From: Candidatus Poribacteria bacterium
Lineage (GTDB): Bacteria; Poribacteria; WGA-4E; WGA-3G
Length of the DNA: 64,000 nt
Direction of reading: 5' to 3'
Assembly (NCBI GenBank): GCA_963663765.2
Contig: CAXXUA010000005.1
Location: 1,344,001 to 1,408,000, forward strand
The position numbers and the translations under genes were made by a program. Below the pieces are notes generated by a model. That model searched no databases. It was given only the letters and a program-made list of their open reading frames with translations, and was not told the origin of the DNA. Of the stretch, positions 21,011 to 31,710 are shown piece by piece (positions within the stretch are counted from its first letter, which is position 1; each line of letters begins with the position of its first letter).

Positions 21011-22195
21011 ATGTTAGATGAAATGACGAACCGGTATACTAAAAAAGAACAGCGCAAAACCCGTATGCGCTCAATAATTTTGCTATCGCTTATTTTTCAC
21101 ATGACAATTGCTATTGTTTACCTTTTCTTACCATTGGGACCTGTTGCGAAAACACAAGACGATGCCCTTGCTTTTGACCTATTTAAGGAAGCAGACCCAC
21201 TGCGTGAACGTAGGTTAAGACCAAAACCTTCTCTTACAGAAAAACGTCTTGACCCGAACCAAAAACTCGCTAAAGACGCTGAACAGAAACGGGTTGATGC
21301 TGCAAAGAATGAACGCGATGAGGTCATCAAATTGAGTGAAAAAATCGTTATTCACGATGTTGAAATTAACGACGCACCCCTAAATGACATAGTGCCAGAC
21401 ATTATGACTGACGCTAAGTTGAAGGAAGCAGAAGCATCCAACCTGCACCGACTTATCTCTCAACCCGGACAAACAGACGGTGTAGGACTTGTTACCGGAC
21501 GTGTGCGCGCACGCGGTGATGGTTCAGGAAAATACCGTGGACTTTCTCAAGGTGGCGGCGGAGATGGACTCCTTGAAGGCGGCGGACGGTCTGGTGGCAA
21601 CGACCCTCTCGGTATTATCAATTTCCTCGGCGGTCTTGACGGTCCACAGGATATCGTCTACTGTCTTGATGTGTCCGCGAGTATGCAAGCGGCAGGACTA
21701 AATAAACTGGAATTAGCACTCAACGCTACTAAGGATTCTGTCCTCATGTTAGGCAGTGAACACACCTTTAATATCGTCCCGTTCTCTACCAAGGCTGATA
21801 TGATGAGCGAAAAACTGATACCCGCTGACGGTACAAGTATAAACCGTGCATTATTGTATCTCAACAGATTCACACCTGAGAGAATTCAATATAATTTAGG
21901 CACGAATATCCTTGGTGCCCTCAATAAAGGTTTCGATCTTGACGCTTCTGTTATCGTTCTGATTACAGATGGACTTCCTGCAAAAGTAAAGGGACACAAT
22001 ATCGAAACCGATCCAGAGAAAATACTTAAAGCTGTGCGATTAAAAAATACTAAAAAAGCACATATCTATGTCGTCGCATTGGAAATTGATCTACAACGTT
22101 CTCCTGGTGCCCATTTACTCAAATCCCTCGCTTATGAACACAAAGGGGAAATCAAGGCTATTGGTGCAAAACAATTGATGGAGATAAACAAATGA
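21011..22195 (+). CDS. Membrane-anchored VWA-domain protein
   Basis: SLIFH TM anchor, Gly-rich linker, MIDAS DVSASM, GTN, LITDG. Confidence 0.8.
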   Translation: MLDEMTNRYTKKEQRKTRMRSIILLSLIFHMTIAIVYLFLPLGPVAKTQDDALAFDLFKEADPLRERRLRPKPSLTEKRLDPNQKLAKDAEQKRVDAAKNERDEVIKLSEKIVIHDVEINDAPLNDIVPDIMTDAKLKEAEASNLHRLISQPGQTDGVGLVTGRVRARGDGSGKYRGLSQGGGGDGLLEGGGRSGGNDPLGIINFLGGLDGPQDIVYCLDVSASMQAAGLNKLELALNATKDSVLMLGSEHTFNIVPFSTKADMMSEKLIPADGTSINRALLYLNRFTPERIQYNLGTNILGALNKGFDLDASVIVLITDGLPAKVKGHNIETDPEKILKAVRLKNTKKAHIYVVALEIDLQRSPGAHLLKSLAYEHKGEIKAIGAKQLMEINK

Positions 22196-23007
22196 GTTTG
22201 TCCGTTATTTACATGATCATAATGTTTATTCTCGTTGTGATATTTATTGTAAATAGCATTCGACATCGTAATGAAATTCGTAATTATGTAAAATACGGTA
22301 TTTTGTTTACACTCATTCTTTTTGTTTTTGACTTTGCTGTTATCATATTGATTCCGAATGTTTTTGAATTATTGCCTGTTTATCTGTGGTTTATAGTGGC
22401 TGTGATTGCCTATGTGAAAATTGTAATATTTACATGTTTGGGAATATATTACTGTTCTCTATTGGGGATCGTAGAGATACCATTGATAAAAAGGTTCTCT
22501 GGTATTTCTAATAGTTTTGATACGATAAAGCAACAGAACTACATAGCATCTATAGTCGGAGTGGTAGTTGGAGCTATATTATTTACCGTAATCTTGTTTG
22601 AATTGACTTCACCAGATATATCGGATACCTTTAGAAAACTAGTGAAAACAGAGCAAGCTAAATTAGGAATTAGTAATGAACCTTCAGTGTTGATAGCATT
22701 GATTATGGTAGTAGCTGCGTTTGGTGAAGAAATAATCTTTCGTCTTGGTATTCAAAACTATTTGGCGAAGCAATTTAAACTGAATGAAGATATGTATTGG
22801 GTGTCTGTTGTATTAACTTCAGCACTTTGGTCAATTGCCCATGCAAATACTCTTGATCCCGAATGGGTGAAAATCGTGCAGATATTTCCTATGGGAATAG
22901 TATTGGGATTTCTATTCAAAAAATATGGCTTAGAAAGTTGTATACTTGCTCATGGAATTTTCAATCTTTGTATGATGTTTATAGGTCCGCATCTTATTAC
23001 AATGTAG
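22192..23007 (+). CDS. CPBP (Abi/CAAX) intramembrane glutamic endopeptidase
   Basis: EEIIFR, WSIAH, AHGIFN motifs, multiple TM helices. Confidence 0.88.
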   Translation: MSLSVIYMIIMFILVVIFIVNSIRHRNEIRNYVKYGILFTLILFVFDFAVIILIPNVFELLPVYLWFIVAVIAYVKIVIFTCLGIYYCSLLGIVEIPLIKRFSGISNSFDTIKQQNYIASIVGVVVGAILFTVILFELTSPDISDTFRKLVKTEQAKLGISNEPSVLIALIMVVAAFGEEIIFRLGIQNYLAKQFKLNEDMYWVSVVLTSALWSIAHANTLDPEWVKIVQIFPMGIVLGFLFKKYGLESCILAHGIFNLCMMFIGPHLITM

Positions 23008-23031
23008 GTTACAATACTGGTACAATAAAAA

Positions 23032-23838
23032 ATGAATCAAAAATCCGCTGTAAATACAATTCAGCACTTTCAATTAGATGGCAAGGTAAGTCTTGTAAGT
23101 GGTGCGAGTCGTGGCATTGGTAGAGCAATGGCAGAAGGACTTGCAGGTGCAGGATCAGACCTTGTCATTGCTGGCAGAGAAATATCTACACTTACCCCTA
23201 TTGCTGAGCAGATCACCAAAGAAACCGGTAGTACTGTCCTTCCAATTCAAGCAGATGTCGGTAATCTGCAAGAAATTGAATTGCTCGTTGAGCAAACTGT
23301 CAAAACCTTTGATAGACTTGATGTGTTGGTGAACAACGCAGGTGTAAACGTCCGAAACCCCGCACTGGAATTCACAGAAGAAGATTGGGACTTTGTGACA
23401 GATGTTAATTTGAAGGGTGCGTTCTTTTTGGCAAAAGCCTGTGGAAAAGTCATGGAAAAACAGGGTGGTGGGAAGGTCATCAACACTTTATCATTAACCT
23501 CTGCGATCGGACTGCCGACAAGTGTGGCATACACGGCAGCGAAAGGTGGACTCCTGCAACTCACAAAACTGCTTGCTGTGGAATGGGCAGAACACAACAT
23601 ACAGGTCAATGGGATTGCCCCCGGCTTCATTCGGACGGAGATGACTGCCCCCGCACGCGAAGATAACCGCAACGAATGGATACTCAATCGCACGCCTGCA
23701 TATCGTTGGGGAGAACCTGAAGACCTCGCAGGTCTGACGATTTTCTTCGCATCAAACGCATCCGATTTCGTTACGGGTCAGATGGTATTTGTTGATGGCG
23801 GATTTATGGCGGGTAGCGACTGGAGAAAACGCACATAA
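23032..23838 (+). CDS. SDR oxidoreductase (gluconate 5-dehydrogenase/KduD-like)
   Basis: GASRGIG, NNAG, YTAAK, VNGIAPG, VDGG. Confidence 0.9.
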   Translation: MNQKSAVNTIQHFQLDGKVSLVSGASRGIGRAMAEGLAGAGSDLVIAGREISTLTPIAEQITKETGSTVLPIQADVGNLQEIELLVEQTVKTFDRLDVLVNNAGVNVRNPALEFTEEDWDFVTDVNLKGAFFLAKACGKVMEKQGGGKVINTLSLTSAIGLPTSVAYTAAKGGLLQLTKLLAVEWAEHNIQVNGIAPGFIRTEMTAPAREDNRNEWILNRTPAYRWGEPEDLAGLTIFFASNASDFVTGQMVFVDGGFMAGSDWRKRT

Positions 23839-23839
23839 T

Positions 23840-24067
23840 ATGGATACCCAGCCCTCGCTTTCTGCTTTGGAACAAGCGGAAAAAATCCTTGAAAAGTTCA
23901 ACATTGAAAGTGCTGCCCTATACGATCATAAACCTGTTTTAAGAATACGGGTATCCGATTCTGAGTTTGCACGTGTGCTTGAACTGCGCACTACACTCGT
24001 TGAGGAACTTAAACCCACCGGCTTTCGGTTCATCGCCCTTGATCTTGACTCAAATACGGAAATATAG
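23840..24067 (+). CDS. Small protein resembling the LarE C-terminal domain
   Basis: MDTQPS start right after the SDR stop; LRIRV...LVEELKPTGFRFIALDL. Confidence 0.5.
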   Translation: MDTQPSLSALEQAEKILEKFNIESAALYDHKPVLRIRVSDSEFARVLELRTTLVEELKPTGFRFIALDLDSNTEI

Positions 24068-24178
24068 ATTGCATGTAGGTTCCTTCCGATTCCAATAGAT
24101 TCACTTCGCTATCACAACTAAAAAATGATTTGAAATTGTTAATTTAATACGATATAATGAAAATGTCTGATTATCGTC

Positions 24179-24270
24179 TAATACCAAATTAACGTAATTT
24201 ATCTTTTTCCAACGGTAGGTGCGGTTTCCTAACCGCACACTTAGCAAGACGACTCACGTTAATTCGGTAT
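24179..24270. mobile_element. Short MITE (TIR ATACC(A/G)AATTAACGT) with one REP
   Basis: taataccaaattaacgt...acgttaattcggtata around gtaggtgcggtttcctaaccgcac. Confidence 0.6.
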
Positions 24271-24301
24271 AACCATAATATAATTATAAGGAGTCTAAAC
24301 T

Positions 24302-24556
24302 ATGGCTGATACAGTCAAATACATCCCGTTCCAACGCGTAAAAGATTGGAAAGTTGGCGATAGGATTGTTGTAGATGGAAATCCAGGAAAAATTCGTGAT
24401 ATTGTTGAATTCAATAATCCATCGGGAACCGGTGAAACAATCGCATCCATCGGTGTGGTGTATGACAATGAACCCGGCGTAATTAGGCTTGTTGAATTTG
24501 ATTTTCATCAGGTTAAATTAGATCGTGAAAACCAATCTATTAGTCTCTCCAAATAA
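24302..24556 (+). CDS. Small hypothetical protein
   Basis: AAGGAG RBS, 84-aa ORF with beta-rich appearance. Confidence 0.7.
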   Translation: MADTVKYIPFQRVKDWKVGDRIVVDGNPGKIRDIVEFNNPSGTGETIASIGVVYDNEPGVIRLVEFDFHQVKLDRENQSISLSK

Positions 24557-24643
24557 ACAAATTTCCCCACCGTTTTCAATCTGTAAATGTTCTTTCCTAT
24601 ACTAATAGTGTTTCATGCGCAAACGTCTATTACTCATAACAAG

Positions 24644-25116
24644 TAATACCAATTCAAATAAATCTTGTCTCATTAAGGAATTCTACTGTTTACTGGCAGG
24701 GGGTTACTCTCTTCGGTAGGAGCGACCTCCCGGTCGCGACCGTGATGTCGCTCCTACCAGATTTCCGCTGCTAATGAGACATTATCACATGAAAATGGTA
24801 TAATACCAATTCAAATAAATCTTGTCTCATTAAGGAATTCTACTGTTTACTGGCAGGGAGTTACTCTCTTCGGTAGGAGCGACCTCCCGGTCGCGACCGT
24901 GATGTCGCTCCTACCAGATTTCCGCTGCTAATGAGACATTATCACATGAAAATGGTATAATACCAATTCAAATAAATCTTGTCTCATTAAGGAATTCTAC
25001 TGTTTACTGGCAGGGGGTTACTCTCTTCGGTAGGAGCGACCTCCCGGTCGCGACCGTGATGTCGCTCCTACCAGATTTCCGCTGCTAATGAGACATTATC
25101 ACAAGAAAAGGGTATA
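24644..25116. repeat. Three tandem 157-bp MITE/REPIN units
   Basis: Units start at 24644, 24801, 24958; ends TAATACCA...TGGTATA, inner tgtctcatta/taatgagaca repeat, central ggtaggagcgac...gtcgctcctacc; internally deleted copy at 46351-46465. Confidence 0.9.
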
Positions 25117-25289
25117 ATTAGAATTAGTTTACACAGTAGTGATCCGTAGGAAATTTACAGTTAGTAAGATATACTCTTTCAAATATCTATATTAACGAGT
25201 TGTGCTAAATAATTATATGTTAATCATTGTTTCACATAAGCATGACGTTTTGCAGGTGTCCTTCATAGTTTGAAACGATCTTCAGTCCC

Positions 25290-25461
25290 GACAAATGCCA
25301 TACGGGGAATGCCTAAATGGCATTCATACCGTTGATTTGGCGCATTTGGCGTTGATTTGGTAGGGACGATATGTTTATAGAAAAACGTCATAGTACATCC
25401 TCTTTAGTCCCGCCAAATGCCATACGGGGAATGCCTAAATGGCATTCATACCGTTGATTTG
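25290..25461 (+). mobile_element. Two REP copies each interrupted by nested micro-elements Y and X
   Basis: agtccc^gtagggac interrupted at 25290-25359 and 25412-25461; uninterrupted REP is frequent elsewhere, e.g. about 16055 and 41895. Confidence 0.8.
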
Positions 25462-25524
25462 GTAGGGACGATATGTGTGCATTATAAACCTAATATATGT
25501 AAAACTTTGTTAACAATAGGTTAA

Positions 25525-25716
25525 CTGGTACAAGTCGTATTCTTTGTATCACTCCATTTATTTAAAACTTTGTTTGACTATACCAGATGGGTTTTTCCTA
25601 TCGTTGAATACCGACACACAACACATGCAGTCGGTAAACATCGTTTTGTATTGGGAAGTTTATTTTTAGGAGTGTTGGCTAATTTTGTCTATGATCTGAT
25701 AAAAGTAATACTCTAA
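25525..25716 (+). pseudogene. Possible 3' remnant of a membrane-protein gene
   Basis: Startless 63-codon frame ...WVFPIVEY...LFLGVLANFVYDLIKVIL* directly after repeat DNA. Confidence 0.25.
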
Positions 25717-25775
25717 AAGACTGAAACTTATTGGTTTTTTTGAACTATCTTTTGTAGAATGACCTTGCAAAAAAC

Positions 25776-25804
25776 TTGATTTTCACGGCAAGGTGTGGTA
25801 TACT
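25776..25804 (+). promoter_or_regulatory. Sigma70-type promoter
   Basis: TTGATT-17 nt-TATACT with TGn extension, upstream of the prenyl synthase gene. Confidence 0.55.
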
Positions 25805-25860
25805 TTTAAGAGATACATGCCCTTTTTTTGAGCACGGATAGGAAAGAAGCAAGGAGACAC

Positions 25861-26925
25861 ATGCCAACACCTGGGAGCGAACCAGCACCAACGAAAGACC
25901 TCGTCACCGCATATCTCAAGGAAGTTAAAGCAAGAGTAGATGCATGTATCTTTGACTTTCTCCCTACCACCCATGAACACCAAGACGTACATCAATTATA
26001 TCAAATGATGTTAGATTATCCACGTCGCGCTGGAAAAGGATTGAGGCCGGCACTATGTCTACTTATCTGTGAAGCGTTCGGTGGAAATGCGGAACGTGCG
26101 GTAAATACCGCTGCTGCACTTGAACTGCTACAGAATTGGCTATTGATACACGACGATATTGAGGATGGTTCTGAACTCCGACGTGGTAAACCATGCCTTC
26201 ATCAAATGCACGGTATCCCCATGGCGATTAATGTTGGAGACGCACTACATTGCAAGATGTGGGAGATGCTACACAGAAACACCGAAATCCTTGGACACAA
26301 ACTTGCATTCCAGATCCTATCCGAATTCATACAACTAAGCAACCAAGTCGTTGAAGGACAACACATTGAACTCAGTTGGGTTCGCGATAACCAATGGAAC
26401 ATAGACAAAGACGATTACTGGACAATGTGTATTCAAAAAACGGCATGGTATACATGTATCACCCCATGTCGTGTCGGAGCAATCATCGGTGGAGCATCTG
26501 CTGAGGAGACCGATATATTTATTGATATAGGAAAGTCTGTCGGAGTCGCATTCCAAATTCAGGATGATGTACTCAATCTAATTGGTGACCTCGGTAGATA
26601 CGGTAAAGAGATCGCTGGCGACATCAGTGAAGGCAAACGCACACTTGTCCTCATTCATCTGTTTAATGCATGCACAGCAAAAGAGGCACAAAACGTAATT
26701 GACATCATGGCACGCCCCCGTACTGAAAAAACTGAAGCAGAGGTACAAAGTGTCTTGCACCTGATGCATAAATATAACTCTATTCAATACGCACAAAACT
26801 GCTCTAAAAAGTTGCTCAAAGAAGCATCAGAAAAGTTCATTCAGAATTTTGCCCACCTGCCAGATAATAGGGCAAAGCATCTGTTTTTATCCCTAATTCA
26901 CTTTTTCGTTGATCGAGAATATTAG
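25861..26925 (+). CDS. Polyprenyl (GGPP-type) synthetase
   Basis: GKGLRP, HDDIEDGSELRRG, GQHIEL, KTA, FQIQDD, DISEGK; ATG after AAGGAG. Confidence 0.92.
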   Translation: MPTPGSEPAPTKDLVTAYLKEVKARVDACIFDFLPTTHEHQDVHQLYQMMLDYPRRAGKGLRPALCLLICEAFGGNAERAVNTAAALELLQNWLLIHDDIEDGSELRRGKPCLHQMHGIPMAINVGDALHCKMWEMLHRNTEILGHKLAFQILSEFIQLSNQVVEGQHIELSWVRDNQWNIDKDDYWTMCIQKTAWYTCITPCRVGAIIGGASAEETDIFIDIGKSVGVAFQIQDDVLNLIGDLGRYGKEIAGDISEGKRTLVLIHLFNACTAKEAQNVIDIMARPRTEKTEAEVQSVLHLMHKYNSIQYAQNCSKKLLKEASEKFIQNFAHLPDNRAKHLFLSLIHFFVDREY

Positions 26926-26942
26926 TAAGGAGACGCAATATA

Positions 26943-28013
26943 ATGGCTATAACAGCTATTTCCTCTGGAAAATTACGAGGACTCATGAAACTTGCCGATG
27001 AAAGTGGTCGGTTTAAAATGATGGCGATTGACCAACGCGGGTCTATGGTAACCGCGCTCGCCGAAACCCTCGGTATTGACAAGCCACAAGTAAAATATGA
27101 TCAGGTGGCATCGTTAAAGACGTTAATTACAAGAATACTTTCACCAAATGCGACTGCGGTCCTGACTGACCCTATTTACGGACACCCATTTTCTGTTACA
27201 GAAATTCCACGAGAGGTCGCTCTACTTTTGGCGTATGAAGAATCCGGTTATGTAAGTGAAGGTGTCAGTGAAAATGAAAGGCTTTCTAAACCGATTGCCA
27301 ACTGGACAATTGGGAAGGCACAGCGCGCGGGTGCAGATGCAATTAAGCTGCTCGCTTATTATCATCCTGATGCTTCAGAAGCTACCTTAAAACATCAGCA
27401 GACTTTTGTCCGTCATGTTGGCGATGAATGTGAAAAACATGACCTGCCGTTCCTGCTTGAACTTGTCAGTTATGCTTTTGAAGGTACAACGAAAAGCGTA
27501 GAGTTTGCAAAACAGAAACCGGACTTGGTTATACGTAGCGTTCAAGAATTTACCGACCCGTCCTATAAAGTTGATATTTTAAAGTTAGAATTTCCTGCGG
27601 ATCTAAAATATACCACAGAATATGAGGATCGTGCCTTCTATGCGGGTGAATCTGCATACAACTTGAGCGAAGTTGTAGATGTCTGCAGAAAATTAGATAA
27701 GGCTTCAACATTACCATGGGTCATATTGAGTGCCGGGGTAGATATTGAGGAGTTTATTGAAAATGTCAAACTCGCTACCGCTGCGGGTGCAAGTGGATTC
27801 CTATGTGGACGGGCTATCTGGAAAAATGTATTTCAATCTTATCCAGATTCTGCATCAGTTATACAGTTCCTTGAGAATGAAGCGACAACAAATTTCCACA
27901 ATGCAAACGCCGCTGCAGAAAATGCGCTACCTTGGTTTGAGCATCGTCACTATGGAGGTGCAGAAAATATACAGCTTGAAAAACAATCCGAGAACTGGCA
28001 CCAAGAATATTAA
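26943..28013 (+). CDS. lacD: Tagatose-1,6-bisphosphate aldolase (LacD family)
   Basis: MAIDQRGS, GADAIKLL.YY.PD, VDILKLEFP, PWVILSAGV, GASGFLCGRAIW. Confidence 0.85.
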   Translation: MAITAISSGKLRGLMKLADESGRFKMMAIDQRGSMVTALAETLGIDKPQVKYDQVASLKTLITRILSPNATAVLTDPIYGHPFSVTEIPREVALLLAYEESGYVSEGVSENERLSKPIANWTIGKAQRAGADAIKLLAYYHPDASEATLKHQQTFVRHVGDECEKHDLPFLLELVSYAFEGTTKSVEFAKQKPDLVIRSVQEFTDPSYKVDILKLEFPADLKYTTEYEDRAFYAGESAYNLSEVVDVCRKLDKASTLPWVILSAGVDIEEFIENVKLATAAGASGFLCGRAIWKNVFQSYPDSASVIQFLENEATTNFHNANAAAENALPWFEHRHYGGAENIQLEKQSENWHQEY

Positions 28014-28034
28014 GAAACGGAAGTTCAATTTGTC

Positions 28035-28514
28035 TTACTTAAGCACTAAATCTATTTTCTTATGAATTTTGCGTGCAATCTCAAGAGTTGTCTCAACGGG
28101 AACTTGCCCACCAATTTCGGCAACTAACACAACGACGGTCTCTCGAACGAAAAGCCAATTCGCACCCGCATTCCACAGGGAATCTCCGAGTGAAACCTTA
28201 TCTTGAGATACCGGTTGATAAGCAGATTCATGTCCACCGAATTTTGAGATGGTTCGTGCAGACAATCTTAGACGTCCTTCATCTGCTGCAGTATACGCGT
28301 CATCAGATGATTCAAAAAACCAATAATTCAGCACAACTTGTTCGGCAGGGGCATTGTTTAACCACCAACGGTCCCGCCAACCAAAAAGTGCAACCGGTTT
28401 CGCAGGTGCGGTTGGTGAATAGAGTTCTTGTGAAGAACTTAACCAAGCAGAATATGCTGACAAGTCCGTTGCAGTTAACTGTATAGATTCCAATGTAATG
28501 TTCATAATGCACAT
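28035..28514 (-). CDS. Hypothetical protein
   Basis: 159-aa ORF filling the gap between lacD and lptF. Confidence 0.55.
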   Translation of the reverse strand: MCIMNITLESIQLTATDLSAYSAWLSSSQELYSPTAPAKPVALFGWRDRWWLNNAPAEQVVLNYWFFESSDDAYTAADEGRLRLSARTISKFGGHESAYQPVSQDKVSLGDSLWNAGANWLFVRETVVVLVAEIGGQVPVETTLEIARKIHKKIDLVLK

Positions 28515-28642
28515 GATACCATGTGCAAGACAGAATTTCTAATTAAAATCTCATATTTATTAAACATTTTCCACCTAAATAGCAACTAATATGAAAAGTC
28601 TTGGCGTATTCAGAAAAATGCGTTTATTTTATCAGAGTAAAT

Positions 28643-29851
28643 ATGAAAATTCTTTCACGTTATTGTCTTAGAGAATTCATTCCACCATTTTTGATTTCAC
28701 TTATCTGTTTTACATTTATCATCCTTTTTGATGAACTATTTCGTCTTATCAAACTCTTTGTCAAGAAAGGAGTAAGTCCTCTTTATCTCATTGAATCCCT
28801 GTTATATGTGATGCCAGCGACGGTTGTTCTGTCTATTCCAATGGCAGCGTTAGTCGCAATCCTACTGTCTTTAGGACGCCTTTCTACGGATTCAGAGATC
28901 ATGGCAATGCGTGCCCATGGAGTCGGTTTACATCAATTGATGGTTCCTCTCCTGTGTGCCACTGTATTACTCAGTGTTGTTGACTTAGCCATCATTGAAT
29001 ATGTGCTGCCAAAAGCCACACTTGCTTCTGTCTCGCTCAAACGCGATATACAAAAACATAATCCAGCCCTCATTTTGGAAGAAGACACAATCATGAAGGA
29101 ACTTGAGTCTAAAGGCAAACTCTGGATGTTTGAATCCACAGATCCCAAAACAGGTAACCTACAGAATGTGAAAATCTGGGATGAAATTCGACAAGGACAA
29201 CCACGTTTGACGCTTGCAAAATACGCAACACTCGGGTTTGAAAATGGAAATGCAAAGTTGACGCTTTACAATGGACACACCTATGAACCACAAACTGACG
29301 GTTCACACGGTTTTAGAATTACCGAATTTCAGGAACAGCAGCTTGCATTGGATTTCATGCAAGACCTACAACGGGGTGAATATAAATCACAGCATCCACA
29401 AACAATGCGTGTCGTTGAACTAAAAACCCATATTGGTACCTTGCAGACAACACTAAACAAAAGACCGGACACACCATCTGAATACACACTAAACAGGCTC
29501 CGTTATGCTAAAGTGGAATACTATAAGAAGTTTGCTCTCCCATTTGCTTGCATGGCATTTGGAATCATCGGTATACCTCTTGGCTTGATGGTGAAAAAAA
29601 ACGGTAAAATGATCGGTTTTGGTATCGGATTAGCTGTCATACTGTTATACTACCTACTCCTTCAGATCGGACAAAATAGCGGTCTAAACGGCACAGTACA
29701 TCCTGCCTTTGCTATGTGGTTTCCGAATCTTGTCGTTGGTGTCGTGGGAATCGGACTCATGACAAAGATGTTTGGTGAAGGTAGACTAAGGAAATGGCGG
29801 AGTACTGATAGAAAAATAACCATCTTTGTCAATAGAAACGCAGAATCTTAA
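28643..29851 (+). CDS. lptF: LPS export ABC permease LptF-like
   Basis: ILSRY, GRLSTDSEIMAMRAHG, KKFALPFAC, AMWFPN; adjacent to lptG. Confidence 0.85.
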   Translation: MKILSRYCLREFIPPFLISLICFTFIILFDELFRLIKLFVKKGVSPLYLIESLLYVMPATVVLSIPMAALVAILLSLGRLSTDSEIMAMRAHGVGLHQLMVPLLCATVLLSVVDLAIIEYVLPKATLASVSLKRDIQKHNPALILEEDTIMKELESKGKLWMFESTDPKTGNLQNVKIWDEIRQGQPRLTLAKYATLGFENGNAKLTLYNGHTYEPQTDGSHGFRITEFQEQQLALDFMQDLQRGEYKSQHPQTMRVVELKTHIGTLQTTLNKRPDTPSEYTLNRLRYAKVEYYKKFALPFACMAFGIIGIPLGLMVKKNGKMIGFGIGLAVILLYYLLLQIGQNSGLNGTVHPAFAMWFPNLVVGVVGIGLMTKMFGEGRLRKWRSTDRKITIFVNRNAES

Positions 29852-29875
29852 TTTTGGCAACTCAGGAAAACACAC

Positions 29876-30937
29876 TTGAACATATTAGATCGGTATCTAC
29901 TCAAAGAATATATCAAGACTTTTATTGTCGGTTTCATCTTCTTTAGTGCACTCGTTGTCATTGTTCGTTTATTAGATAAAGACATCAAACACTTTGAGGA
30001 AAATATCACCTATCTAACGGCATTAAAAATTGTCCTCTACCAAGCCCCTCGCAGAATCATGGAGATCGTACCTGTATCAGGCTTCGTTGCTATCTTCTTC
30101 GTACTTGGAAAAATGGTACGAAACAACGAATTTATCGCAATGAAAGCCGGAGGGCTTAGTGTCTACCGAATCCTAACACCTGTCCTGATTGTAACACTGT
30201 TAGTTTGTGTATGCTTTGCCTTTTTCTATAACCGAATTGCATCCCCCGCTTATCATCAAGCAAATCTATTACAGAAAAAAGTTGGTTCTAAGTATAGAAG
30301 ACACCTTGTGTTTAAAGGAAAGGGTGAACGGGTTTTTTATTCACATAGTATTAACTTAGAGAAAAAAAACATATATAAAATGACAATATGGGAATCGGAC
30401 GAGATGGGTCAACTCAAACGGATTATCTATGCAAAGAACGCCACCTGGACACCAATACACTGGCAGTTGTCCAACGGAGATATACGTCGCTTTGAAAACG
30501 ACATTGAAGTTTCTTATGAAACCTTTGAAGAGAAGTCATTAGAAAGGTATGAAGACCCGAAACGATTCATCGGCAGTGACAAAGATCCGCGCGCCATGAC
30601 TATTAAGGAACTTAGAGACCAAATCGCCTATAAAAAGGCTGCTGGACAGATTGCGCGTATTGAACATGTGAAATTGCATCACAAAATCGCGTATCCGTTT
30701 GCTGCTGTTGTTGTTGTTTTATTAGGTGCACCAATTGCGATTCGCTTTGGGAAAGCTGGGTTCTTTGCGGGGTTAGTTATTGCTTTCTTCCTCGTCTTCA
30801 TATATTGGGCTCTCTCTTTTGCCACGCTTGAAGGGCTTAGCGAAAATGGAAAACTTCATCCGTTCTTAGCGTGTTGGGGAGCAAACATTCTTTACGGTAT
30901 TATCGGAAGCATCCTTTTATGGCACACGCCTAAATAG
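29876..30937 (+). CDS. lptG: LPS export ABC permease LptG-like
   Basis: ILDRYLL, NNEFIAMKAGGLS, HKIAYPF, LACWGAN. Confidence 0.85.
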   Translation: MNILDRYLLKEYIKTFIVGFIFFSALVVIVRLLDKDIKHFEENITYLTALKIVLYQAPRRIMEIVPVSGFVAIFFVLGKMVRNNEFIAMKAGGLSVYRILTPVLIVTLLVCVCFAFFYNRIASPAYHQANLLQKKVGSKYRRHLVFKGKGERVFYSHSINLEKKNIYKMTIWESDEMGQLKRIIYAKNATWTPIHWQLSNGDIRRFENDIEVSYETFEEKSLERYEDPKRFIGSDKDPRAMTIKELRDQIAYKKAAGQIARIEHVKLHHKIAYPFAAVVVVLLGAPIAIRFGKAGFFAGLVIAFFLVFIYWALSFATLEGLSENGKLHPFLACWGANILYGIIGSILLWHTPK

Positions 30938-30994
30938 TGCTATCTTCATTCATATTTTGTTGATCAGACAAAAAACTACGCGAAGCCTATAATC

Positions 30995-31570
30995 ATGTCC
31001 TCAAAACTTGGAAATTTCTTTTTCAAAATCCGTAGTTTCACCCCTGTACCATTCATTCTTGCGTTACTCTATTATGCAAAACCTATTTTTGAAACCGCAC
31101 TTGTAGGTATTTTATTTGTCGTTATCGGTGAATTTCTGCGTATATGGGCAGTGGGATATGCGGGAGGTGCCACACGTGCGACATCCCTCGGTGCTGCGCG
31201 CGACCTTGTAACAACAGGTCCTTATAGTTATGTCCGTAACCCGTTGTATCTCGGCAACCTTCTGCTGAGTCTCGGAATATGCATTTTCGCAAATGTGCTT
31301 TGGTTAATTCCAATTCTAATCGTTGGCTATCTTATACAGTATCTTCCCATCATCACTGTAGAAGAGGTGTATTTATTAGCATCATGTGGTCCTACTTATC
31401 AGACTTATCAAGAACAGGTTCCGCGTTTCCTCCCTCAAATCCAACCTTACCCAAATCAATCAGATCACGACTTTTCTTGGACACGTGCTATCAATAGTGA
31501 AAAACGCACATTGACAGCGATTGTCTGCGTCATTGCCTTGATTTTCACCCGGCAGCTTATTTCAATTTGA
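30995..31570 (+). CDS. Isoprenylcysteine carboxylmethyltransferase/PEMT family membrane methyltransferase
   Basis: LVTTGPYSYVRNPLYLG, EEVYL, Y...VPRFLP. Confidence 0.88.
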   Translation: MSSKLGNFFFKIRSFTPVPFILALLYYAKPIFETALVGILFVVIGEFLRIWAVGYAGGATRATSLGAARDLVTTGPYSYVRNPLYLGNLLLSLGICIFANVLWLIPILIVGYLIQYLPIITVEEVYLLASCGPTYQTYQEQVPRFLPQIQPYPNQSDHDFSWTRAINSEKRTLTAIVCVIALIFTRQLISI

Positions 31571-31710
31571 TGTCCAACGTGTTAGTGATGTAAATAATTT
31601 GAGGGTGTTAACTAATTGGGCAACTTTTCATGATATCCTCCGATAGAAGTGAGTTATTATCATGGAGGATATAGGGTGTCAGCACATAGTCAAAAAAAAC
31701 TAAATTATAT

